A DNA stretch of 64,000 nucleotides from Dehalococcoidia bacterium (lineage in GTDB: Bacteria > Chloroflexota > Dehalococcoidia > Lucifugimonadales > CAJWER01): the NCBI GenBank assembly GCA_965243655.1, contig CBDEVV010000017.1:2275902-2339901 (forward strand), in the 5' to 3' direction. Positions within the stretch are counted from its first letter, which is position 1. Each line of letters starts with the position of its first letter. The notes beneath the pieces were generated by a model. It saw only the letters and a program-made list of their open reading frames with translations, did not search any database and had not been told where the DNA came from. Both the position numbers and the translations under genes were made by a program. Of this stretch, positions 9,840 to 19,369 are shown piece by piece.

Positions 9840-11000
9840 ATGGTTTACACTGTCCGCACGATGGGACGCACAGAGGACGCAATACGGCGGCGTGCGAGAA
9901 CCCTTGGGTTCGATCTCGTGGGTTTCGCGTCGGCGGAGCCATTCCTTCGAGACGAACGGGAGGCGACCAAACGCATACGAAGCGGAATGATGGACGGGCT
10001 GCACTGGTACACGGAGGAGCGTGTCCGCCGGGCGAATCGTCCCGAGCTGCTGCTGGAGGGCGCCCGGTCGATCATATCGCTGGGGACGAGCTACAACTCC
10101 GGGGACCCCGAGCCCGGAAGCCCCGGGCCCACGGGCAAGGTGGCGCGGTATGCGTGGGGAGACGACTACCACGACGTACTGAAGGAGAAGCTGCGGCAGT
10201 TGGCGTCCGACCTATCCGCCATTGCCGGCAGGGAAGTCCGCACGCGGGTATTCGTGGACGACGGGCCCATGAACGACCGCGCTGCCGCCGAGCGGGCTGG
10301 TATAGGGTGGTTCGGCAAGAACACGAACATACTGACCCAGACCCACGGCTCCTGGGTCTTTCTGAGCCAGGTCGTGACTGACCTGGAGCTGGAGCCCGAC
10401 GAGCCGCTTGCGAAGAACTGCGGCGAGTGCGTGATGTGCATCGACGACTGCCCGACGGGGGCAATCGTGGCGCCCTACGTGATCGACAACAGGCGCTGCA
10501 TATCGTTCCTGACGATAGAGCTGCGAGGGTCCATACCAAGGGACCTGCGCCCGCTGGTCGGAGACTGGGTTTTCGGGTGCGACATTTGCCAGGACGTCTG
10601 TCCCGTGAACCGCAAGGCCGCCGGGAGCCTGGAGCCGGCATTCCGCCAGCGACACGACTTCGGCGCGCCCGCCCTGATCCCGCTCCTAGACCTGGATGAC
10701 GAGGGGTTTCGAGAGCGTTTCCGCAGGAGCCCCATCAAGCGCGCCAAACGGGTGGGGTTGCAGCGCAACGTCTGTGTGGCGTTGGGCAACATCGGCGACG
10801 CGAGTGCCGTCCCAGCGTTGGCGGCGGCACTGGGGTCTGCCGACGCCCTGGTGCGAGAGCACGCGGCCTGGGCACTGGGTCGGATCGGCGGGCCGGACGC
10901 CTATGCCGCGCTCAATGCCGCTCTTGAAGTCGAGGACGACACCTCGGCGAGGGGTGAGATCGAGCTCTCGCTGGAGGAGATGGCGACAGCGTCGAGTTGA
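9840..11000 (+). CDS. queG: Epoxyqueuosine reductase QueG
   Basis: Two 4Fe-4S motifs (CGECVMCIDDCPTGA and CDICQDVCPVN) and a C-terminal HEAT-like repeat (ALGNIGDASAVPALAAAL...REHAAWALGRIGG). I trimmed the track start at 9693 to the ATG at 9840 because the first 49 codons read through REP element A1. Confidence 0.9.
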   Translation: MVYTVRTMGRTEDAIRRRARTLGFDLVGFASAEPFLRDEREATKRIRSGMMDGLHWYTEERVRRANRPELLLEGARSIISLGTSYNSGDPEPGSPGPTGKVARYAWGDDYHDVLKEKLRQLASDLSAIAGREVRTRVFVDDGPMNDRAAAERAGIGWFGKNTNILTQTHGSWVFLSQVVTDLELEPDEPLAKNCGECVMCIDDCPTGAIVAPYVIDNRRCISFLTIELRGSIPRDLRPLVGDWVFGCDICQDVCPVNRKAAGSLEPAFRQRHDFGAPALIPLLDLDDEGFRERFRRSPIKRAKRVGLQRNVCVALGNIGDASAVPALAAALGSADALVREHAAWALGRIGGPDAYAALNAALEVEDDTSARGEIELSLEEMATASS

Positions 11001-11060
11001 GCGACTGCCGGATTCAGCCTTCCGGCCCCTTGGTGGTCGAACCCCTGCAGGCCTCAGCCG

Positions 11061-11089
11061 TTGACTCGGGTTCGCGTAGTCTCTATCCT
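11061..11089 (+). promoter_or_regulatory. Candidate promoter for the ATP-grasp operon (TTGACT, 17-nt spacer, TATCCT)
   Basis: Hexamers read directly from the sequence, about 100 nt upstream of the GTG start at 11194. Confidence 0.3.
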
Positions 11090-11193
11090 AGCTGCCGCCC
11101 GCGGGAGTGTGAGATTGGCGCGCCATTGGCTCCGCGAGGGCTCCCGTGGGCGTTGAGGTACGGCGCCGTTTGATGAAGAGGTAAGTTGCCGCA

Positions 11194-12657
11194 GTGGACT
11201 TAAGGACCTACGAACTAGAGCCGTCAGTTTATGACGAGATGTTCCTTCCTGACGGCTCTCCAAGAGGACACTGCGAGCCTCTCCACGAAGCCCTGACTCA
11301 GCTCTCTTCCAAGGAACTTGCTGCCATCCAGGAGCGTGTCACCCGCTCGTTCTCAGACGAGGGGATCACCTTCACGGTCTACGGAGATGAGGAGGCGGAC
11401 GAGCGGATCATCCCCATCGATTGCCTTCCAAGGGTGATGTCGGGCGAGGAGTGGGGGCGCCTCGAAGCGGGTCTCACGCAGCGCCTCAAGGCCTTGAACC
11501 TGTTCCTGGAGGACGTGTACGGGAAGTCGCGCATCAAGGAGCTGTACGGCAAGCCTCGCATAGTGCACGACGGCGTGATTCCCGAAGACGTCATAAGCGA
11601 GTGCCCGCAGTACAGGGATGAGATGCAGGGCTTCTCCGCTCCCCACGGGACCTGGGTTTCGATTTGCGGGACCGACCTCGTCCGCACGAATGATGGCTTC
11701 CGCGTGCTGGAGGACAACCTGCGCGTGCCATCCGGCGTGTCCTACATGCTCGCCAACAGGAAGGCGGCGAAGTCGAGCCTGCGCCGCCTCTATCGAAGGT
11801 CCCGCGTGCGTGACGTTGAGCACTACGGGCGCGTGCTGCTGCAGACCCTGAGCGAGATGGCTCCTGGAGGAGGAGATTCGGAGCCGGCCATCGCCCTGCT
11901 TACGCCCGGTGTGTACAACTCTGCCTTCTACGAGCACATGTTCCTGGCCCACGAGCTGGGCGCCGAACTGGTCGAAGGCCGCGACCTCCTGGTCAGGGAC
12001 GGCTTCGTGTACATGCGCACCACTACGGGCCTACAGCGCGTCGACGTCGTGTACAGGCGCGTCGACGACGATTTCGTTGACCCACTGGTCTTCCGCCCGG
12101 ACTCGCTGCTTGGCGTTCCGGGGCTCATAGACGCTTACAAGCGCGGGAATGTGGCCCTGGTGAACGCGCCCGGCACTGGCGTCGCGGACGACAAGAGCGT
12201 CTATGCCTATGTGCCCGACATGGTCAAGTACTACCTGGGAGAGGAGCAGATCCTGGAGAACGTCGAGACCTACCTCTGCCGGCGTCCCGACGACCTGGAG
12301 TACACGCTCGACAACCTGCAGGACCTGGTGGTCAAGCGGGTGGGGGAGTCGGGAGGGTACGGGATGCTCATCGGCCCGCACTCCACACCGGAGGAGAGGA
12401 AAGATTACGCCGAGCAGGTGAGGGCCGATCCCGCCGGTTTCATATCTCAGCCGACCCTGGCCCTCTCTCGATCTCCATGCTTCGTCGACGGCGGCATCGA
12501 GCCGCGCCACGTGGACCTGCGTCCCTTCGTGCTCCACGGACGCAAGACCCGGATTGTGCCCGGGGCGTTTTGCAGGGTGGCACTGCGCCGGGGGAGCCTT
12601 GTCGTGAACTCCAGCCAGGGTGGGGGCGGCAAGGACTTCTGGGTGCTGGAGGACTAG
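11194..12657 (+). CDS. Circularly permuted ATP-grasp type 2 protein (COG2308 family)
   Basis: 487 aa. The N-terminal YDEMF...G.PR.H...L and the overall layout are typical of the family. It is immediately followed by an alpha-E protein. Confidence 0.85.
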   Translation: MDLRTYELEPSVYDEMFLPDGSPRGHCEPLHEALTQLSSKELAAIQERVTRSFSDEGITFTVYGDEEADERIIPIDCLPRVMSGEEWGRLEAGLTQRLKALNLFLEDVYGKSRIKELYGKPRIVHDGVIPEDVISECPQYRDEMQGFSAPHGTWVSICGTDLVRTNDGFRVLEDNLRVPSGVSYMLANRKAAKSSLRRLYRRSRVRDVEHYGRVLLQTLSEMAPGGGDSEPAIALLTPGVYNSAFYEHMFLAHELGAELVEGRDLLVRDGFVYMRTTTGLQRVDVVYRRVDDDFVDPLVFRPDSLLGVPGLIDAYKRGNVALVNAPGTGVADDKSVYAYVPDMVKYYLGEEQILENVETYLCRRPDDLEYTLDNLQDLVVKRVGESGGYGMLIGPHSTPEERKDYAEQVRADPAGFISQPTLALSRSPCFVDGGIEPRHVDLRPFVLHGRKTRIVPGAFCRVALRRGSLVVNSSQGGGGKDFWVLED

Positions 12658-12661
12658 CCGC

Positions 12662-13654
12662 ATGCTCTCCCGAAGCGCACAGGGACTCTACTGGATGGGC
12701 CGCTACCTGGAGCGGACACAGCACCTCTGCCGCCTGCTGGAGCTCCAAGCCTCGGCCCTGGTCGATCGTCCGGTAAGGGAGATCTACTTCGGCTGGCAGC
12801 GCATATACTCCAGCATGAGCGTGGAGCCCCCGGGCGGGGTCCTCGAGATAGAGCTGGATGACGACTTCACCCTGGCGGACTCATACACTCTCGCCGACGA
12901 CCTCACCTTCGAGAAGCTGAACCCATGCTCGTTGTGGAGCTGCCTGGCACTAGGCCGCGAGAATGCCCGCCAGATGCGTCACTGCATCAGCGGGGAGATG
13001 TGGACCTCCCTGAACCTGTCCTACCTCAGGGTACAGAGGCTGAGCATGCAGGACATCTGGACGACGTCCCCGGAGAGCTTCTATGCGCAGACATCGTCCG
13101 AGATCAACACCTTCCTCGGAATAGCCTCGACCACTATGTACCGGGACGACGGCTGGCGTTTCATGCGGCTCGGGCGCTTCATCGAGCGCGCTCAGCTTTC
13201 CGCTGCATTTCTCCTGGCCCATCTCGCCGCAGGGACCTCGAACAAGGAGGACTCAGACGACGATTGGACAAGCCTTCTACGGGCCTACCGAGCCTTCGAT
13301 GCGTACAACCGCAGGTACAGCGTGGAGGTGCATCCGGACCGGGTCCTGGAGCTGCTTGTCGTCGATCCCATGCTTCCCAGCTCGCTCTGCCAGTCTCTGG
13401 ACGCGGCGGCGGCAGAGCTTAGCGGCCTGGCCCCCGGGCCGGACACAGGTCCCAGCGTTGCCGCTCGCCGGCTATTGGACCGCATCGGCGCCATGGTCCA
13501 CGACTATTGGCCGGACAGGGAAGACCATGAGGACTTCCTGCGGCAGGTGAACGAGCGATGCAGGGACCTCCACGACCTGGTTACCGCAGCCTACTTCGAC
13601 TACCCTGTCCAGGACTTCCCAACGCAGCCGTTCTCAGGCGGTTCTGATAGCTGA
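12662..13654 (+). CDS. Alpha-E domain protein (COG2307/DUF403)
   Basis: Starts MLSRSAQGLYWMGRYLERTQH, the characteristic alpha-E N-terminus. The ATG at 12662 lies 5 nt after the ATP-grasp stop, so I discarded the 14-codon upstream extension in the track. Confidence 0.85.
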   Translation: MLSRSAQGLYWMGRYLERTQHLCRLLELQASALVDRPVREIYFGWQRIYSSMSVEPPGGVLEIELDDDFTLADSYTLADDLTFEKLNPCSLWSCLALGRENARQMRHCISGEMWTSLNLSYLRVQRLSMQDIWTTSPESFYAQTSSEINTFLGIASTTMYRDDGWRFMRLGRFIERAQLSAAFLLAHLAAGTSNKEDSDDDWTSLLRAYRAFDAYNRRYSVEVHPDRVLELLVVDPMLPSSLCQSLDAAAAELSGLAPGPDTGPSVAARRLLDRIGAMVHDYWPDREDHEDFLRQVNERCRDLHDLVTAAYFDYPVQDFPTQPFSGGSDS

Positions 13655-13698
13655 CGCCCCTGTCGGAACACCCTGGGATTCGGCGCTCTCAGGCGGGT

Positions 13699-14631
13699 CT
13701 AGGGTCCGGACTTAACGACGTAGGCACTGTCAAGCAGCTCCAGGGCGTCTTCAAGGCCGTGTCCGGTCTCTGCAAACTCAGAGGTGGATATGACGGCGTG
13801 CTCTCGGGTCGTCCCACCGGATATGAAGCTGCCGGCGACCGGAGATACATCCGAGTAGTCCAGGCCCACCGCGAACCTCACATAGTCGCGGGCAGGGGGC
13901 AGGACCACTCCACGGGTCGGATCCGCGCCCAGCCAACCATCTTCAGGATGAAGAAACTCAAGCCATGAGTGGGTCTCCCCCCTCTGTCCCGTGATCAGCC
14001 CGCTCACATAGCGGCATGGCACGCCCATCGAGCGGAGAATCCCAAGAGCGAGGTGCGTCTTGTCCTGGCACACGCCCTCCATCGTGGACGCGACCTGCTC
14101 GGCCGTAGTTTCGACGCTGGTCCGGCCCCTGATATAACGGACCTCCTCGTAGACCCAGTTGGTCACGCGGCTCACGATGTCGAGCAGCCCGCGTGACCCA
14201 CCGGCGATGTCCCGGGCGAGCCCTGCGACGTTTCCGGGCTCTATCAGCTCAGTGGGCGCTGTGAGCTCGGTATTGCCAGGCGGCTCCACCGCCTTGGCCA
14301 GGACAACCTCGTTGAACACCGGTAACTCGGGCGATAGTGAGACGAGACCGGCAGTCGCGACTACCAAGCTCGTGTGATGCTCAGTGACCCGATAGCTCTG
14401 GACTAAGTTGCCGAAACGGTCGCGAAAAGTGTCTCCTACACCAAGTGGAAGGACCCAGACCTCCGACGCCAGGGCCGTCTGTCCCAGCTCGATCCTGGGT
14501 AAAAGGCGGAGCTGGTTGTCGTTCTGGAATACGACATCTGAGTACTGGTAGCGAGCCACGTACACGTAAGAGACAGGCACGGACTCCGCCGAGTGTCGTT
14601 CCTCAGTCGCCGGGCAGCCTAGCGGTCTCAC
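13699..14631 (-). CDS. Transglutaminase-like protein (Bact_transglu_N plus transglutaminase core, COG1305)
   Basis: Core catalytic context GVCQDKTHLALGILRSMGVPCRYVSG...HSWLEF...DPT (Cys-His-Asp). The start codon is uncertain (GTG at 14631). Confidence 0.85.
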   Translation of the reverse strand: MRPLGCPATEERHSAESVPVSYVYVARYQYSDVVFQNDNQLRLLPRIELGQTALASEVWVLPLGVGDTFRDRFGNLVQSYRVTEHHTSLVVATAGLVSLSPELPVFNEVVLAKAVEPPGNTELTAPTELIEPGNVAGLARDIAGGSRGLLDIVSRVTNWVYEEVRYIRGRTSVETTAEQVASTMEGVCQDKTHLALGILRSMGVPCRYVSGLITGQRGETHSWLEFLHPEDGWLGADPTRGVVLPPARDYVRFAVGLDYSDVSPVAGSFISGGTTREHAVISTSEFAETGHGLEDALELLDSAYVVKSGP

Positions 14632-14651
14632 GTGCGCGCCACCGAGGTCCC

Positions 14652-15077
14652 TCAGAGGGGATTTCGCCAGAGGAGTCCCGGGAAGCGGCTGAAGTCAGTG
14701 TCGTTCGAGTGGACCTCGGCTTGGTATTCCATCGCGATGGCGGCGATGTGGGCGTCTGCGACCAGATTGCCTCCGACGCCGGCGGCGACGAGATTCCTCC
14801 TCAGATGGGCCATGTGGTCTGGGCCGGGGTCGAGTGGCGTGACATGTGGGTATAGGAACCACTCATGCACGTAGTCCACAGCTTCCGGTGGGGACGCAGG
14901 CCGAGCAAGGACGTGGGGGCTGGTTATGAGCCTCAGAAAACCTGTCGATACTATCCACGGAATCCCGACCCGGTTGGTGCCGTTGATCAAGTCTTCCCAC
15001 CAGCGACTAGAGGGTCCGTGATGGGGCGCCCCTCTATCGTAGGCGTACAGGAGCAGATTGACGTCAGGGACGATCAC
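14652..15077 (-). CDS. vapC: PIN-domain toxin VapC
   Basis: 141 aa. MIVPDVNLLLYA places an acidic residue at position 5, with DAHIAA and SNDTDF further on. Its GTG start overlaps the antitoxin stop (GTGA). Confidence 0.85.
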   Translation of the reverse strand: MIVPDVNLLLYAYDRGAPHHGPSSRWWEDLINGTNRVGIPWIVSTGFLRLITSPHVLARPASPPEAVDYVHEWFLYPHVTPLDPGPDHMAHLRRNLVAAGVGGNLVADAHIAAIAMEYQAEVHSNDTDFSRFPGLLWRNPL

Positions 15078-15334
15078 CCCGCGCTCGGCTTAGTGAAGGC
15101 TTCAGTTGCGAGTTGTTCGCTAAGTTGATTCAGCTTCAGCGGATCGACACCCGGTAGGAATCCGCTGTGGATTGGCTTGACCTTGAATCGAGGGACGGGC
15201 TCGTGGCTCTCCGCGGGCGAAAGGCCACGGCGCAGCGCCTCGTTGACTACCTGCTTGAAGGGCCGGTCCAGGAGGCGCGCTCGCTCTTTGAGCGCCCGCG
15301 CCAGATCGTCATCTATTGTTAGTGTGGTTCTCAT
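15074..15334 (-). CDS. vapB: VapB-family antitoxin (MRTTLTIDDDL type)
   Basis: MRTTLTIDDDLARALKERARLLDRPFKQVVNEALRRGL is the typical N-terminus of this antitoxin family. I trimmed the start to the ATG at 15334. Confidence 0.75.
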   Translation of the reverse strand: MRTTLTIDDDLARALKERARLLDRPFKQVVNEALRRGLSPAESHEPVPRFKVKPIHSGFLPGVDPLKLNQLSEQLATEAFTKPSAG

Positions 15335-15409
15335 TGAGACATCATGATGCTTTTCTATGCTGATGTCAAGATGTCTCGCATGATTGGCCGTCACCACATG
15401 GGTTCCAGG

Positions 15410-16432
15410 TTACTGGTTCGTCAGCTTCACCCTCGGGTCGACTATCGCGAGCAGGATGTCGGAGATGAGCGTGCCCACGACGGTCAGTATGCCCAGCAAG
15501 AGGACGATGAAGCCCGCCAGGTAGATGTCCTCGTCCCAGATTGCCGTCAACAGGACCGGGCCTATGGTGGGCAGGCTGAGCACCACCGAGACGATCACGC
15601 TGCCGCTGACCAAGGATGGCAGCAGGTAGCCGACCGTGCTGACGAGCGGGTTGATGGCTACTCGCGTTGGGTACTTGAGAATCAACCTCCAGGAGGCAAC
15701 ACCTTTGGCCCTCGCCGTGACCACGTAGGGTTTGCTGAGCTCGTCGAGGAGGTTATTGCGCATTACGCGGATGAGGCCCGCGGTCCCGGACGTCCCCAGG
15801 ACGATGGCCGGTATCCAGAGATGGTTGATCAGGTCCAGGATCCTTGCGACGCTCCATGGGGCGTTTACGTAGTCGGCCGAGAATAACCCCCCCACGCTCA
15901 TGTCAAAGTATGCGTAGAAGATGTACATCAGCACCAAGCCCAGCAGAAAGTCTGGCACGGCCAGCCCGCTGAATCCGACGAAGGTGAAGAGGTAGTCTCC
16001 AATGGAGTGCTGCCTTACGGCCGAGTATATGCCCACCGGTATTGCCAGGGTCCATGTCACGATGATGGTGAACCCCGTCAGGGCAATGGTCGTCCATATT
16101 CTTTCGCCGACGATTTTCTTCACGGGCTCCTGGTAGGCGAGTCCTCCCCCGGGCGCGCCGAACGCCAGGCCCAGGTCGCCGTGGCGTATCATCCGCCACA
16201 TCCAGTGGCCGTACCTGTACCAGATGGGCTTGTCGAGGTTGAGATACTCCCTGAACTTCTTCAGGAGCTCCTGCGCCATCGACTCCGACTCGCCCACGAC
16301 GTGTACGGTGCGGGCGTAGCGCTTCGTGGCTAGGTCGCCCTCGGGCAGCTCGATGATGACGAAGGCCAATATGGAGATCATCCAGATGGTGAACGCCGAC
16401 AGAATCACTCTGCGTGCTATGTAGGCAATCAC
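15410..16432 (-). CDS. ABC transporter permease, OppB/DppB type (orphan paralog 1)
   Basis: 340 aa with six hydrophobic helices and the conserved YVVTARAKG segment. Very similar along its whole length to the ORF at 18269-19291. Confidence 0.85.
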   Translation of the reverse strand: MIAYIARRVILSAFTIWMISILAFVIIELPEGDLATKRYARTVHVVGESESMAQELLKKFREYLNLDKPIWYRYGHWMWRMIRHGDLGLAFGAPGGGLAYQEPVKKIVGERIWTTIALTGFTIIVTWTLAIPVGIYSAVRQHSIGDYLFTFVGFSGLAVPDFLLGLVLMYIFYAYFDMSVGGLFSADYVNAPWSVARILDLINHLWIPAIVLGTSGTAGLIRVMRNNLLDELSKPYVVTARAKGVASWRLILKYPTRVAINPLVSTVGYLLPSLVSGSVIVSVVLSLPTIGPVLLTAIWDEDIYLAGFIVLLLGILTVVGTLISDILLAIVDPRVKLTNQ

Positions 16433-16505
16433 TATGTCACCTCCGCAGGCCTTCCGAGGGTTCGGTACGTTCGAATAGCGGGGCCAGTCCAGCTTTGTGT
16501 CCGGT

Positions 16506-16533
16506 ATTATACGGATTCAGACTAAACGTTCAA
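16506..16533 (-). promoter_or_regulatory. Sigma70-like promoter for permease paralog 1 (TTGAAC, 16-nt spacer, TATAAT)
   Basis: The reverse complement reads TTGAACgtttagtctgaatccgTATAAT, about 70 nt upstream of the start at 16432. Confidence 0.45.
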
Positions 16534-16555
16534 CCCGCATGGACCGGTTCTAGTC

Positions 16556-18247
16556 ATGAAGTCCCGCATCGCCTGCACGGCGGTCCTATGGATGTTCGTC
16601 GTAGCCTGCGCTGGAGAAGGCGTACCCCCCACGACTTCGGCTCCGCCCCCAACCGCGGAGGTGATGGAAACGCCGGGGCGTGCTCTCTTTGTGGACGTCA
16701 CCGAGGCTGCCGGTGTCGCTTTCCGTCACCATGAGGACCTGACGGAGATGCAGCCGGTCGGCGGCGGCGTCCTGGCGTTCGACTACAACGGAGACGGGCT
16801 GCATGACGCGTACCTAACCGACTCGCTGGGACCGAATGCACTCTTTCGGAACAACGGCGATGGCACCTTCACCGACGTAGCCGAGTTGGCCGGGGTGGCC
16901 GACCCGGAGGGCCACTCGAACGGTGGATGTGCCGCCGACTATGATAACGACGGCGACCAGGACCTCTACGTGACCAACCACGGCCCCAGCAGGCTGTTCA
17001 GGAACGAAGGCGACGGGACGTTCTCGGACGCCTCGGAGTCGGCAGGAGTGGTCGATCCGGACCCTTCGCTCAAGTCGACCGGCTGCGCCTGGGGGGACTA
17101 CGATCGGGACGGTTTCCTGGACCTCGTGGTGGTGCGCCACTTCCGCGAGCTGACGTCCCAGACGCTGGTGGAGGGCACGTTTCACGAAGAGGTACGCAGT
17201 CTCGTCCTACTCCACAATGCGGGCGATGGATCGTTCACCGATGTCACCGACTTGCTAGGGCACACGCTCCCGCCTTCCCGCAGCAGGTACGGTGAGCCGC
17301 TGGGGAATATCTGGGGGGCAGGGTTTCAGCCCGGCTGGCTGGACTACGACGGCGACGGCGACGCGGACTTGTACGTAGCCAACGACTGGGGGACGTTCAC
17401 GAATCCGAACGTCCTGTGGCGGAACGACGGCCAGGCAGACGATGGGAGCTGGCTATTCGTAGATGTTTCCGAGGAGTCGGGTGCCGACGTAGCTATAGAG
17501 GCGATGAGCGTCACCGTGGGCGACTACAATCTGGACGGACGGCTCGACGTGTTCGTGACAAACGTGGGCGCGAGCGTACTGCTTAGGGGTGATGGTGCGA
17601 GGTTCGCGAACGTCTCCGCGGAGGCCGGGACTGAGATCGCGATGATCGGTGTAGAGAAGCGAGTGACCTGGGGTTCAGCCTTCCTCGACTACGACAACGA
17701 CGGGCTCGAGGATCTTTACATAGTCAGCGGCTTCCTGAAGCCGACCATCAACCCCCAGGATGCGCCTTCCTACATGAAGCGGCAGCACAACAAGCTGCTG
17801 CGCAACAGGGGAGACGCGACTTTCGAGGATGTCTCCGCCAACAGCGGCGCCGACGATGACGGTGTAGGGCGAGGGCTCGCCTACCTGGATATCGACGAGG
17901 ACGGGTGCCTCGACCTGCTCGTCGGCAACCTTGGCGGCCACGCCAGGCTCTTGAGGAACAGGTGCCACAGTGGGAACAATTGGCTCATGGTGAGTCTGGT
18001 TGGCACCCACAGCAACAGGGATGGAATCGGGGCAAGGATCACCCTGGAAGTGGACGGACGGACCCAGATACGGGAAGTATCGGGGGGAGGCAGCTTCATG
18101 AGCCAGCACATGAGGACCGCACACTTCGGCCTAGGCCCAGCCTCGAAAGTCGACCGTTTGACCGTCAGGTGGCCCAGCGGTATAGTTCAGGCGTTGGTAG
18201 ATGTGCCGGTTCGCAGGCACATCACGGTCACCGAGACGTCCGACTAG
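16556..18247 (+). CDS. CRTAC1-family lipoprotein (FG-GAP/VCBS repeats plus a C-terminal ASPIC/UnbV domain)
   Basis: Lipobox in MKSRIACTAVLWMFVVAC. Repeated D.D.DG..D calcium-binding FG-GAP motifs (DYNGDGLHD, DYDNDGDQD, DYDRDGFLD, DYDGDGDAD, DYDNDGLED, DIDEDGCLD). ASPIC/UnbV-like tail NRDGIGARI...GGGSFMSQ. Confidence 0.85.
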   Translation: MKSRIACTAVLWMFVVACAGEGVPPTTSAPPPTAEVMETPGRALFVDVTEAAGVAFRHHEDLTEMQPVGGGVLAFDYNGDGLHDAYLTDSLGPNALFRNNGDGTFTDVAELAGVADPEGHSNGGCAADYDNDGDQDLYVTNHGPSRLFRNEGDGTFSDASESAGVVDPDPSLKSTGCAWGDYDRDGFLDLVVVRHFRELTSQTLVEGTFHEEVRSLVLLHNAGDGSFTDVTDLLGHTLPPSRSRYGEPLGNIWGAGFQPGWLDYDGDGDADLYVANDWGTFTNPNVLWRNDGQADDGSWLFVDVSEESGADVAIEAMSVTVGDYNLDGRLDVFVTNVGASVLLRGDGARFANVSAEAGTEIAMIGVEKRVTWGSAFLDYDNDGLEDLYIVSGFLKPTINPQDAPSYMKRQHNKLLRNRGDATFEDVSANSGADDDGVGRGLAYLDIDEDGCLDLLVGNLGGHARLLRNRCHSGNNWLMVSLVGTHSNRDGIGARITLEVDGRTQIREVSGGGSFMSQHMRTAHFGLGPASKVDRLTVRWPSGIVQALVDVPVRRHITVTETSD

Positions 18248-18268
18248 GGCGAGCAACGGGAGGCCATC

Positions 18269-19291
18269 ATGAGCGCTTATATCGCTAAGCGGCTGATCCT
18301 TTCCTTCTTCACCATCGTGATGATCTCCATGCTCGCATTCGCCATCATCGAGCTGCCTGAGGGGGACCTCGCGTCAAAGCGGTACCAGCGGACCATACAC
18401 AATGTCGGCTCGGATGAGTCGTATGCCCAAGAGCTCTTGCAGGAGCTTCGCGAGTACCTCGGGCTGGACCGGCCAATCTACGTCAGGTATGGGATGTGGG
18501 TCTGGCGGATGGTTCGGTACGGCGACCTGGGCCGCGCGTTCGGCTCCCAGAGCGCCGGGCTCGCCTATCAGCAGAGGGTCAAGGAGATCCTGGGAGACCG
18601 GCTCTGGACGACGGTCGCGCTGACCGGGTTCACCATCGTCGTGACCTGGACCTTCGCCATACCCGTAGGGATATACTCGGCCGTTCGCCAGCACTCGGTA
18701 GGGGACTACCTGTTTACGCTACTGGGCTTCAGCGGCCTGGCCGTACCGGACTTCCTGCTGGGTCTCGTCCTGATGTACATCTTCTTTGCCTACCTGGAAA
18801 TGAACGTGGGAGGGCTCTTCTCAGCCGACTACCAGAACGCGCCCTGGAGCCTCGCTAAGCTGGTAGACCTGATCAACCATCTTTGGATCCCTGCGATAGT
18901 CCTGGGCACCTCGGGGACCGCCGGTCTCATACGCGTAATGCGGAACAACCTGCTGGACGAGCTCGGCAAACCCTACGTAGTCACGGCCAGGGCCAAGGGA
19001 GTACGACCCTTGCGGCTGATCATCAAGTACCCGGTGCGCGTGGCGATCAATCCGCTCATCAGCACCGTGGGCTATCTCTTGCCCTCGCTGGTCAGCGGCA
19101 GCGTCATAGTGTCCGTGGTGCTCAGCCTGCCGACTATCGGCCCTGTACTCCTGACCGCGATTCAGGACGAGGACATCTACCTGGCGGCCTTCGTGATCCT
19201 GATGCTCGGTACGCTCACCGTAGTCGGCACCCTGATCTCGGACATCCTTCTCGCCATAGTGGACCCGCGAATCAAGTACACGGGGGCATAG
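18269..19291 (+). CDS. ABC transporter permease, OppB/DppB type (orphan paralog 2)
   Basis: 340 aa, collinear with 15410-16432 and by eye about three quarters identical. No OppC, ATPase or binding-protein gene is adjacent. Confidence 0.85.
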   Translation: MSAYIAKRLILSFFTIVMISMLAFAIIELPEGDLASKRYQRTIHNVGSDESYAQELLQELREYLGLDRPIYVRYGMWVWRMVRYGDLGRAFGSQSAGLAYQQRVKEILGDRLWTTVALTGFTIVVTWTFAIPVGIYSAVRQHSVGDYLFTLLGFSGLAVPDFLLGLVLMYIFFAYLEMNVGGLFSADYQNAPWSLAKLVDLINHLWIPAIVLGTSGTAGLIRVMRNNLLDELGKPYVVTARAKGVRPLRLIIKYPVRVAINPLISTVGYLLPSLVSGSVIVSVVLSLPTIGPVLLTAIQDEDIYLAAFVILMLGTLTVVGTLISDILLAIVDPRIKYTGA

Positions 19292-19305
19292 CCCTCAGCT
19301 GGACG

Positions 19306-19343
19306 GACAAGCCCAAGGCCTTCAATGGCCTTTGGGGCTTGTC
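19306..19343. terminator. Hairpin between convergent genes, a candidate bidirectional terminator
   Basis: GACAAGCCCAAGGCC-ttcaat-GGCCTTTGGGGCTTGTC forms a stem of about 15 bp with two bulges. It sits between the stops at 19291 (+) and 19370 (-). There is no clear U-run. Confidence 0.5.
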
Positions 19344-19369
19344 GTCAGAAGAGCCCGCCCCTCTAGGAT

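Noticed and set aside
11005-11027. Hairpin GCCGGA-ttcagcct-TCCGGC after the queG stop, possibly a third family A copy
   Set aside because: It has only a 6-bp stem and lacks the flanking consensus (GGAT...ATGACGG). It may be a weak terminator, but I cannot support it as a repeat-family member.
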